This document shows positions 42,492 through 52,000 of a stretch of 64,000 bases of DNA, one piece after another. The stretch's first letter is position 1. Every line of letters begins with the position of its first letter. The notes below the pieces were generated by a model. The model was not told where the DNA came from. It worked only from the letters and a program-made list of their open reading frames with translations, and searched no databases. A program made the position numbers and the translations under genes. Source of the DNA: Candidatus Kapaibacterium sp. (GTDB taxonomy: Bacteria; Bacteroidota; Ignavibacteria; Kapaibacteriales; UBA2268); the NCBI GenBank assembly GCA_963664875.1, contig OY761611.1, forward strand, positions 1,312,001 through 1,376,000. Direction: 5' to 3'.

Positions 42492-45305
42492 TTACGCAGC
42501 CAAAGCCTCATTGAGTTCATCAATAATTTTTAGCATCTCATCACCGAACAGTTGATACATCATGCCTCTGCCACCTTTTGCATCAAACGGAGTATAATCA
42601 AGGTCATCCAATTCGATATGGTAAGAGCTAACGACATGGTCTTTAATCATTCGCAGCCAATCCATTTGCTCAGGTGTGAAGCGGTTATGTTGCCCTGCAT
42701 TCTGTTGGAATATCCACTTTTTGAAATTATCATCAACTGTTTTATCATAAGGATTTAGTTCCTTATCTATACCACACGCACGGCGGATAAGTGAAACAAG
42801 GGCTGTTAGCTCATCTTTCGGTCTGTTATGTTTGACCTTTTCAATAGTTGCATAAGCATTCCAAACATATTCAGGAGCGAGTTTAGGTTTCGCACTTCTT
42901 AGCTTACTAAGCACCTCCTGAAGCATTTTAAAGGTAATCTCCCGTCTATTATAAGGCTGATTATAAAATATGCTCAGAGCTTTTATTTCGTCCTTGTTCT
43001 GTTCCAAATATTCCGTAAAATCCTTAATAGTTTCTGCGGCAGTTTCTTTGGTGAAGCTGTCCCATTCGGATTTTGTAACTGTATCAATGTTCACATGGTC
43101 GATAATCTGTTCGTGCTCTTTCCTAATGTTTTCTATTTTATCATTCAGTTTGCCATTGAAGTTTTTAGCAGCTTCACGAATCAAATTTTCCTGCACTTCC
43201 TTTTTAGTATCTTCAATTAGCTTAGGCGTTCGTTCCTCTTCAGGGATAGAAGCAATCTTTTCGTTTGTAAGATTTTCAATCACATCAACATCATAAGCCT
43301 TGATGAGATCCTGCGAAATCTGTTTCAGGTCTTTACCACCAGTATGTTCAATCAGTTCCATTCTTTCATTTTCTGTGAGTTGCTTATCTAATCTGACAAG
43401 CCGATTGGCAAGTGACAGGAACAAATCCTCGTCAATATGTCCCACAGTTACAGCACCTAAAAGATCTTTCATCGGCACAGATGGCTTACGTTCGAGTGGT
43501 CTGCTGTCAGTTTTTTTAGATTTAGTAGCACCAATAGCATCAACTATAACGAAGTGTGTTTTATGGTTTGCCGTGCTTGAGACTTGTTTTAATAACTCAT
43601 TATCAATTGTCCGTGTGCCACGACCTTTCATCTGTTCAAAGTAATTGACCGACTTAACATCACGCATAAACAGAAGAACTTCTAACGGCTTAACATCAGT
43701 GCCTGTGGCAATCATATCAACAGTAACTGCAATACGAGGGTTATAAGAATTTCGAAATCTGTTTAGTAAAGATTTTGGGTCTTCGTCAATTTTGTAAGTT
43801 ATCTTTTTACAGAAGTCATTGCCGTTATCAAATTCTTCACGGACAATACTTATTATATCATCTGCATGTGAATCAGTTTTAGCAAAAATCAGAGTCTTAG
43901 GAACCTCATACTCACCATTCTTATCGATACGATTTGGGAATATTTCCTTTTGAAGTGCACTCTTAAATTCTCTTATAATATTTCTTATCTGACTTGGGTT
44001 AACCACCTTTTTATCTAAATCATTTCTTGCATATTCTGTATCTTCATCTTCCTGCTGCCAACGTCTCTGACGTGTAAGTTTATCTCGCCTGTCAACAAAC
44101 CACCCTGCCTTAATCACATCACCGTTTTTAGATATTTCTGTTTCAATTGTATAAACATCATAAGGCACATTAACACCATCAAGAACAGATTGTTCATAGG
44201 TATATTGGCTGACAACGTTTTCGTTAAAGAAACCAAAAGTCCGTTTATCGGGTGTGGCAGTAAGTCCAATTAGGAATGCGTCGAAGTAGTCAAGCACCTG
44301 TTTCCAAAGATTATAGATGGAACGGTGACACTCATCAACCACTATAAAATCAAACTGCTCAATAGGTACTTTAGCAGAGTATTCTACAGGAAGTGCTTTC
44401 TTTTTCGAGGTTTGTTTCTGCAACCAAGTGCTTTCATTAGGATTATCCATTTCAGCAGAGTCTTCTAAATCCTCTCCCTTAAGAATGGAATACAAGCGTT
44501 GTATAGTGGAAATACATACTTGGCTATCGTCAGAAATAAAGCTTGAAGATAATCTCTGCACATTGTATAATTCTGTAAACTTACGGTTGTCATCATTCGG
44601 CTTAAAGTTCATAAACTCTTGCTCTGCTTGCTCACCCAAGTTTTTTGTATCCACAAGGAAAAGGATTCTCTTTGCATTGGCGTGTTTTAAGAGACGATAT
44701 ACAAAAGTACAAGCAGTAAAAGTCTTACCGGCACCTGTAGCCATTTGAATAAGAGCTTTGGGTCTATTCTTTTTGAAAGATTCTTCTAAATTATTGACAG
44801 CTTCAATTTGTGCAGGTCGCAATCCATCAGTGATCAATTCAGGTACATCCAGTAAACGAGTGCGAAGCGTTTTCTCCTGCTTCAGCCACTCTGCAAAAGT
44901 AGATGGTTTATGAAAGCTAAATACTTCTCTTGCCCGTGGTTTTGGGTCTCTATAATCTGTAAAATGTGTTCGAAGTCCTGTAGATTCATATACAAACGGT
45001 AAGGGTTCATTATCAAGATATTTAAGTTTGGCATTAGCATATCGGGTTGATTGCTCTTCCACAGTAGTAAGCTTGTGACCAGAGTCGTAAGGTTTTGCTT
45101 CAATTACACCAACAGGTTTGCTATCAACAAACAACACATAATCAGCAGGTCCGACATCAGTCTGATACTCTCTAACAGCCACACCATTGTTAGCGTGCAA
45201 GTTTATATCATCTTTTGATTGTACAAACCAACCTGCTTGAGATAACATAGAATCTATTTTGTCTCTTGCAATTTGCTCAGGATTTTGATTTACATTTTGT
45301 GGCAT
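42492..45305 (-). CDS. hsdR: Type I RM restriction subunit (EcoAI/EcoEI-like)
   Basis: ADYVLF..VIEAK nuclease motif, MATGAGKT, DECH, TATP, QMKGRGTR. Likely start 45305 (or 45314), not 45485. Confidence 0.95.
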   Translation of the reverse strand: MPQNVNQNPEQIARDKIDSMLSQAGWFVQSKDDINLHANNGVAVREYQTDVGPADYVLFVDSKPVGVIEAKPYDSGHKLTTVEEQSTRYANAKLKYLDNEPLPFVYESTGLRTHFTDYRDPKPRAREVFSFHKPSTFAEWLKQEKTLRTRLLDVPELITDGLRPAQIEAVNNLEESFKKNRPKALIQMATGAGKTFTACTFVYRLLKHANAKRILFLVDTKNLGEQAEQEFMNFKPNDDNRKFTELYNVQRLSSSFISDDSQVCISTIQRLYSILKGEDLEDSAEMDNPNESTWLQKQTSKKKALPVEYSAKVPIEQFDFIVVDECHRSIYNLWKQVLDYFDAFLIGLTATPDKRTFGFFNENVVSQYTYEQSVLDGVNVPYDVYTIETEISKNGDVIKAGWFVDRRDKLTRQRRWQQEDEDTEYARNDLDKKVVNPSQIRNIIREFKSALQKEIFPNRIDKNGEYEVPKTLIFAKTDSHADDIISIVREEFDNGNDFCKKITYKIDEDPKSLLNRFRNSYNPRIAVTVDMIATGTDVKPLEVLLFMRDVKSVNYFEQMKGRGTRTIDNELLKQVSSTANHKTHFVIVDAIGATKSKKTDSRPLERKPSVPMKDLLGAVTVGHIDEDLFLSLANRLVRLDKQLTENERMELIEHTGGKDLKQISQDLIKAYDVDVIENLTNEKIASIPEEERTPKLIEDTKKEVQENLIREAAKNFNGKLNDKIENIRKEHEQIIDHVNIDTVTKSEWDSFTKETAAETIKDFTEYLEQNKDEIKALSIFYNQPYNRREITFKMLQEVLSKLRSAKPKLAPEYVWNAYATIEKVKHNRPKDELTALVSLIRRACGIDKELNPYDKTVDDNFKKWIFQQNAGQHNRFTPEQMDWLRMIKDHVVSSYHIELDDLDYTPFDAKGGRGMMYQLFGDEMLKIIDELNEALAA

Positions 45306-45468
45306 ATTAAGCATTGCTAAAGCATTTGTATTATGATACTTACATTTTATATTAGAATGTTTTTGACTTGCCTTACAAAAAGAACATGTTAAAAAACACA
45401 AAAGACAAGTCGTAATATAATATATCAATCTTAATATACTAATACTAAATGAAGTACACAAACGAAAC

Positions 45469-45485
45469 ATGACAGAGACTGACAT
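45469..45485 (+). promoter_or_regulatory. AYGACA-N5-TGACAY box 1
   Basis: ATGACA-gagac-TGACAT upstream of the riboswitch; a second copy lies at 45934. Confidence 0.45.
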
Positions 45486-45547
45486 ATTTTATTCATTAGT
45501 ATGTATTTTTGTAACGAATTTCAATTTTTGACGTATTATTTAGATAT

Positions 45548-45665
45548 AGTATCAAGAACACTTTAAGTAGTGTGCCAACCGAGCAAGGTAGCCACGGTGG
45601 CAAATGGATACGGCTTTTAAGCAAAAAAGTCCGCTACTTGATACTCCATTTGTATAATCTTGGAG
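45548..45665 (+). ncRNA. SAM-I/IV-like riboswitch with translational expression platform
   Basis: P1 GUAUC(45549-53)/GAUAC(45607-11); J1/2 AAGA; P2 ACACU/AGUGU; P3 GCC-AA-CCG/CGG-U-GGC; junction AAAUG; P5 GGCUUUU/AAAAGUC; PK-2 AGGUAGC(45586-92)/GCUACUU(45633-39). Confidence 0.8.
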
Positions 45666-45674
45666 AGAGAAATC

Positions 45675-45947
45675 ATGGCATCTACAAACAAAACCTTTCG
45701 AACCTTGACAATTCTGAAGATGTTCCTAAAAGGACTAAAATTGACAAAAAGAGAAATTTTGCTACAATTAGATTCTTCAGGTGATGATGTAACTCAGAGA
45801 ACTATTGAAAGAGATTTGCAAGTGCTTCAGGAGATGCAACTTGTTAATAGTTTTGAATCTTATGGTCAGGAAAAAGTTTGGGAAGCATGGGGATATGCAA
45901 AAAAAACAGTAGCAAACTCAAATTTATACATCTACGACAATATTTGA
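45675..45947 (+). CDS. Winged-HTH protein resembling the N-terminus of WYL regulators (WYL domain absent; possibly truncated)
   Basis: RTLTIL...LTKREI...VTQRTIERDLQVL; SD UGGAG 9 nt upstream of ATG 45675. Confidence 0.7.
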   Translation: MASTNKTFRTLTILKMFLKGLKLTKREILLQLDSSGDDVTQRTIERDLQVLQEMQLVNSFESYGQEKVWEAWGYAKKTVANSNLYIYDNI

Positions 45948-45950
45948 CAC
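45934..45950 (+). promoter_or_regulatory. AYGACA-N5-TGACAY box 2
   Basis: ACGACA-atatt-TGACAC followed by TATATT, upstream of rtcB2. Confidence 0.45.
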
Positions 45951-45993
45951 TCATAGAAGTATATTTCAGCAATTATAATTTAAAAGAAAATCT

Positions 45994-47105
45994 ATGTTCA
46001 AAGAAATAAACAACAAAATCAAGCTAATAACCAACGACAAAAATTGGGTTGAGAGCGAAGCAATCGAACAACTTAAGCTTGTTTCTGAACTTGAAGGTGT
46101 TCAACAAGCTATTGGGCTTCCCGACATCCATTCAGGACCAGTAGGAGTTACCATAGCAACACAAAAGATTATTTATCCGCATTTAATTGGCAATGATGTG
46201 GGATGTGGAATGGCATTATTCAAACAGACCTAAAGAAATCTAAAATCAAAAGAGATAAGTGGGTCAGAAAGCTATCAGGCTTAGAGGATTCTTATGATGG
46301 AAATATAAATGCTATTATAGAAGAAGCAGGTGTTGAATCTACCGCATATGATTCTTCTATTGGTACAATTGGTGGTGGAAACCATTTTGCAGAGCTTCAA
46401 TCTATTGAAAAGGCTTTTGATGAAAACGCTCTTTTAGATTTAGGAGTTGATTCAAAGAATCTTGTATTATTAGTACATAGTGGTTCAAGAAGCCTTGGAT
46501 CTGCAATTTTTCAAGAATTTGCAGAAACAAACACTTCTACTGGGCTCAAAATAGAATCTGAAGAGGCAACTAAGTATCTTCAGCAACATGATAATGCGGT
46601 TCATTGGGCAAAACTAAGTAGAAAGCTGATTGCTGAAAGGTTTTTAGAACAGTTAGGTAGTTTTTCAAAGACGGTTTTAGATGTAGAACACAACTGTATT
46701 GCTAAAACAACTGTTGGTCATCAAGAATACTACTTACATAGAAAGGGTGCGGCTCGTTCAGACCTTGGTGCTGTTGTAATTGCAGGGTCTCGTGGTACAT
46801 ATAGCTACCTTGTGCTACCTATTGGTGGTCAGGAACAAAATCTTTTTTCACTTGCTCATGGTTCGGGTAGAAAGTGGAAACGTAAAAACGCTAAATCTAT
46901 CCTTGGTGATAAATATACAATTGATAAAATGCAACTCACCGAAATTGGAAGTGCCGTAATTTGTGAAGATAAAAATCTCTTATACGAAGAAGCACCACAG
47001 GCATACAAGAATATTGAGCATATAATTGCAGCATTGGCAGATGCAGGAATAATAAAAGTACTGGCTCAGCTCAAACCTATCATTACTTACAAAACAAGGA
47101 AATAG
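45994..47105 (+). pseudogene. rtcB: RtcB2 (PrfH-associated RNA ligase), split by a 1-nt frameshift near 46220
   Basis: PDIH, GNDVGCGM | QTDLKK, GTIGGGNHFAE, HSGSR, HN, HRKGA, HGSGR, EEAPQAYK. One added base restores GMALFQTDL. Confidence 0.85.
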
Positions 47106-47107
47106 TT

Positions 47108-47758
47108 GTGCTCAGTGAGAAATTTAATGTATTGAGTATGCCTTCAACTCTACGTAGAATAAGAGGATTTGATGCAGTAAATAAAGTTGTAGAAAGTAAA
47201 TACAAGCAATTTAGTAGCATTATAAAAAAGCTCGATCAAGATATAAGCTTTGCTCATAGAAATACAAAAACACAAAGCGATGAAGAATGGCAGGATATTG
47301 TGCAATCAGTTAAGAAATTGAATGAAAGATTCCGCGAAATTAATGTCCTTATCAAAGATGAAGTAAAAAGGCAATATAAAGTCGCTGAGGCAAGAGTAAA
47401 TGATAATGATGATTGGGTTCGAGATTTTGAAATTGAATGGGAAATTGAATTTTATATAGGTGAGGATGATCCTGCCTATCAAGAAGATGATGATAATTAT
47501 ATAGCTCGTTTTTCCGACAGTTTGAGCTATGATTCTTCTGATAAATTGGATGATTATATTGAAGAATTCTATTATTCAAACAATTACGATCATAATGAAT
47601 TTAAAAATTTGTCAGATGACAAATCTGATTTAAACAGCTTTATACATACATTTATGCTGCATGAACTATATGATCATCAGCATCTGTCATTTGAAGAAAT
47701 CTCACGCATAAAGATTATATGGGTTGACTTCAAAACTATTTATCAATATTATAAATAA
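47108..47758 (+). CDS. Hypothetical acidic protein between rtcB2 and prfH
   Basis: 216-aa ORF tightly packed in the operon; no family recognised. Confidence 0.6.
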   Translation: MLSEKFNVLSMPSTLRRIRGFDAVNKVVESKYKQFSSIIKKLDQDISFAHRNTKTQSDEEWQDIVQSVKKLNERFREINVLIKDEVKRQYKVAEARVNDNDDWVRDFEIEWEIEFYIGEDDPAYQEDDDNYIARFSDSLSYDSSDKLDDYIEEFYYSNNYDHNEFKNLSDDKSDLNSFIHTFMLHELYDHQHLSFEEISRIKIIWVDFKTIYQYYK

Positions 47759-47772
47759 ACGGAAATAAGAAT

Positions 47773-48396
47773 TTGAATTGGTTACAACTTACTGCAGGTA
47801 GATGTCCCGAAGAGTGTGCTTGGGTGGTAAATAAGGTTCTTAATGAAATTACTAAAGAAGCAGAGGGGTTTAAACTTAAGTTAGATATACTTGAAAAAGT
47901 CAGTGGACAGGAACGAGGCACTTTGAAATCAGCACTCCTAAGTATAGAAGGTGATAATTTAAAATCATTCTTGGAATCATGGACTGGTACTATTCTTTGG
48001 ATAGGACAAAGCCCTTACCGTAAAAACCATAAAAGAAAAAATTGGTATATCGGCGTTAATCGCTTGACAATGCCAAAGCCAACTGAATTTTCAGAGAATG
48101 ATATAAAATTTGAAACTACGCGTTCTTCAGGAGCGGGAGGACAGAATGTTAACAAGGTGGAAACAGCAGTCAGAGCAACTCATATCCCTTCGAATATATC
48201 CGTTTTAGCAAGTGAAGAACGCTCCCAACTAAGGAATAAAAGTCTTGCTCTCTCACGATTGTTTGATATGCTTAAACATATTGACGACAAGATGCAGTTG
48301 GATGCCGAAAGGGATCGTTGGTTAAATCATTGGGATTTGGAAAGGGGTAATCCAATCCGAACTTATGTTGGTGAAGGATTTAAAAGGAAGTCGTGA
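47773..48396 (+). CDS. prfH: Peptide chain release factor H
   Basis: LQLTAGRCPEEC, GTILWIGQSPYR..HKRKNW, GAGGQNVNK, ERSQ..NK; downstream of rtcB2. Confidence 0.93.
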   Translation: MNWLQLTAGRCPEECAWVVNKVLNEITKEAEGFKLKLDILEKVSGQERGTLKSALLSIEGDNLKSFLESWTGTILWIGQSPYRKNHKRKNWYIGVNRLTMPKPTEFSENDIKFETTRSSGAGGQNVNKVETAVRATHIPSNISVLASEERSQLRNKSLALSRLFDMLKHIDDKMQLDAERDRWLNHWDLERGNPIRTYVGEGFKRKS

Positions 48397-48467
48397 GGTT
48401 TTAAACTTCTAATATTTGGTTCGATTGGTGTAAGATTGCTGCCCCATGGTGACCAATTAGAATATTA

Positions 48468-48900
48468 TTGATATTTCTGTAAACTACACCACCTATTTCG
48501 GTAAAAGAACTCCACTTTTCACCAAACTAAACATGGCACAAAAAATGATACTCCTCTAATCGATAATAATGATTACTGATATAGGGTATTGTGTATGGCT
48601 AACAAGAGTATTTCATTGATAGATATCAGACAAATTCTAAGAATGCACCACGAGCATCATTCCATGCGTAAAATAGAAAACTATCTTGGAGTTGCACGCA
48701 AAACCGTGTCAAAGTATATTATCTTGGCTCAATCAGCAACAATTACTTACCCTGATATTCAACACCTTTCTGATGAAGAGCTGTTAGCAATAATCTTAGA
48801 ACAGAAAAACTTGAAATGAGCAATTTTAATATCTTGAGTCACAGTTTGAAGACTTTAAAAAGAAGCCCAAAAAGACAGGTCTAAGCAAGTTTTTTTCAGG
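48468..48900 (+). mobile_element. IS21-family left-end remnant with truncated istA (48595-48819)
   Basis: MANKSISLIDIRQILRM...SMRKI...LGVARKTVSKY...LSDEEL, preceded by degenerate repeated CCAC boxes. Confidence 0.7.
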
Positions 48901-49019
48901 TGTAAAAATATAGAAGCAAATCAATCATATGAAAATAAATAAGAGATTGGTATTATTTACAGCAGATGACTGAGAAAAATCAAAATCCTTTACAATACAA
49001 AGATTGACCTGATTTAGCT

Positions 49020-49054
49020 AAAAAAAAGGGCTTACTCCCGTAGGATATAAGCCC
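49020..49054 (-). terminator. Terminator after the large T9SS gene
   Basis: GGGCTTA...TAAGCCC with a U-tract on the minus strand. Confidence 0.7.
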
Positions 49055-49080
49055 GACTTATTGAGGTATGGAAATGCGAA

Positions 49081-52000
49081 TTAGTGAATTACAACAAAAG
49101 GAATTACTTTTGTTTCGCTTCCTGCCTGTATCACTAAATAATACTGACCTGAAATGAAACTGCTCGTATCAAACCCTTTGTAATGTACCCCTGATTTTTG
49201 ATTCCCTTCATTTTTATAGTATAGTACTGTTCCGTATTGATTCCTTATCTCAAACTCAACTTTTGCCGACTGAAGCAATGTATATTCTACTGAAAATTTG
49301 TCATCTGCAGGGTGTGGCATAGTTGAGACGCTCGACAATATAGGAGATGCAAAACTCATAGTTCTCATCTGCATACAACTACTTGTTAGCTCACTTACTT
49401 CAACAGGTTGGAAGTTAGCATCGTAATAGTGAATTTCCACTTTTAGTGTACTGTCTATAGGTTTCACCAAATCTGTTAAATGGTATGAGGTGCTGAAATC
49501 AAAAGGTGATGCAGATTTCGGGTCTCTAAACTCATAGTGCAATACAACACTCGGAGCCTCCATGTCAGAAACAATGACATAATAAATGTCAATCGGATCG
49601 ACAGGTGTTTGATTTTGTTCTACATCTATGCCATATTCACAGAAATTTCCTACAGGAATTGCCATAGCTGAAGGTTCAAAAATGTCATTATCCTGGAGTA
49701 GCTCCCAATGTCTTTCAAATTCATAAGAACAGAGAACATTACCGTCTTTGTCATAGAACACAATTCGATATTTTGAATCAAGTGCTCTTTGGAAATCAGC
49801 AGGATATGCAGTTGAAGATGATTCATTGATATAAACATCATTTATCTTAAGTAGGTTGCCTGACATATCATACTCTTCGATTTCGATTTTATCGAGCATA
49901 TATCCAATTTCATTCAATTCGATAGTTTTGAACCATAGAGCATTAGTGTGAGTACGTGGATAAGCTACCTGAAGTTCATCTATATGAGTATATAAATATA
50001 GTTCTTGTGCAGGATGTCTTGGATCAATAGGAAGACCATCTTTGATAGTGTATTTGTCACATAAATTACATGAATCAACTAATTCTTTAACGCATGCAAT
50101 ACTGTCATTTTCGTCTTTAAGGTAGAATTCGAATTTGACTTCTTCACCACAATAACAAAATTCAGCATAAATGCTACCATCACCGATTATATCTTCAGTT
50201 ATATCTTCTGTTGTTCCATCTTCTTTGACTGCTCTGATGCCGTATGAAGTATAACATGTAGAGTCAGGATTTACTTCCGCCATCACTTTCCAAGCACAAC
50301 CGCCTGTAGAATCACAATCAATATCAGATGATTCTAATGTAACAGGACTTAGGAATGAACAACAGTCATCAAAAGATCCGCTATCGATGAAATTTTCACA
50401 TTGTATTGTGTTATTAGCATCCGCAAAGCCTGCATATAACTGAAAATAATTAGTTCGACCTTCGTAAACGCACGTTGTAATGACATATTCTTCACCTGCG
50501 TGTAAATCGCCTTCGAATGAACAACGTCTTGCATCTTCATTCCATTGGAAACTCCATCTGTCATCCGGCACCCAATAACTCATATGTTTGTGAGTTAATT
50601 CATTTTCAAAAAGTAGTTGTAATGCAGTATAATCACAGTCACCTGTATTTTTTATTATTAAATGATAGCAATTATCTTGATATTGTCGCACTTCAACTTC
50701 AATATTCTCATTAATGCCATTGCATGTAACACAAGTTGTATCTTCCATTTCAGGTGTCTGTGCTAAATATTTTGCTTCAACTCCTATCATTTTACCTTGA
50801 CCGGGCAGCAAGTTTGCAGTAAATGCCTCGTTTTCTTTGATAACAGTGTCAATCATGTGATATAAATCAGGCTGTCTCCAAAATTTTGAATTCAGTTCGG
50901 AATTGTCGTAACCCAATTCCTTAATCTCATAATATCTACCGCTAAAGTAGTTAGGATTATTATCTGCTTTAAAGTTAATTGGTACTGATAATTGCCTACA
51001 ACCTAAGCGTTTCCACCAAAGGTCTTTCCAAAAGTCCGAAGAGTAGTATTGGTCGTTTTTATAAAGTTCACCACCATTCTGTACAAATTCATCAAATTCA
51101 GCAGCTGAAATGAAAATCATAGAATTTAGTGGAACTTCGCTATTCAAATATAACAGAGGATCAGTTCTTCTATTCTGAATACCAAGCACAAACTTATTGT
51201 TGTCAATATCGTTTTCGCTATATCTCATGAGAGTCAAATCAAAGAATGAAGAATCATAACTTTCTTTGACTACTGCATAATTACCTGTTGTTGGTTCCCA
51301 TATCTTTTTTGTAAATAGTTTTGTTGTATCAAACTCTATATAGTTATTCCATACATCAGTTGCAGAATAACGCTCGTCCCAATTTTGCCATTGCCTATAT
51401 CCCTTAGATAGAGAAGCGAAAGGACGTAAATCCATTATTTCGTCGCTCATTAAATCAAGGAAGGTATGTAATTTAACTAATTCAGATCTGATGCTCCGAG
51501 TTCCAATATAGACTCTATCTCTATCTATTCCTGCATATTGTGCAGTTGTATCTACATAAGAAAAACGAGTACTGTCAGTTTCTAAATTCCAAGTATCATA
51601 CTCTGAATTGATAAAATCGTCACCAACTTCTCTTGAAAGAAGAGGATATGAGGTAAACTTTGATGTATCGCCTATTCCAAGACGTAATTCCCTTTTTTGA
51701 CGGTCAACATCTGTTTGATGGTCTCCATCGTAAATAAACCCTTTACACCCTCTAATCATAGAGGAATGCCATTGCAAACGGAATTCTTCAGCTGTCTTGG
51801 CTCTGTATGTGTTCCAATTAAATATTGAATCAATTGTTGTCCCATTTTGCCATGGTGTTATTTCTGCACTATAAAATAAAGAGTAAATCCACCAATTCTT
51901 ATCAGAGTAAATTAGATTTTTTACGTTAGTATTTGGGTTATAATAATATCCGTAGAGTCTTGCCTCCCAAATAGGTTGTATATTGTTTTCAACACTAAAT

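Noticed and set aside
45306-45485. N-terminal extension of HsdR in the ORF track
   Set aside because: Implausible Cys-rich sequence spanning the divergent promoter region; HsdR-like sequence begins at about NPEQIARDKID.
45572-45784. 70-aa ORF or leader peptide over the riboswitch
   Set aside because: GTG start without an SD; it overlaps the structured RNA and the HTH gene in another frame.
46210-46233. Programmed -1 frameshift in rtcB2
   Set aside because: No X-XXY-YYZ slippery heptamer or obvious stimulatory hairpin; mutation or sequencing error is simpler.
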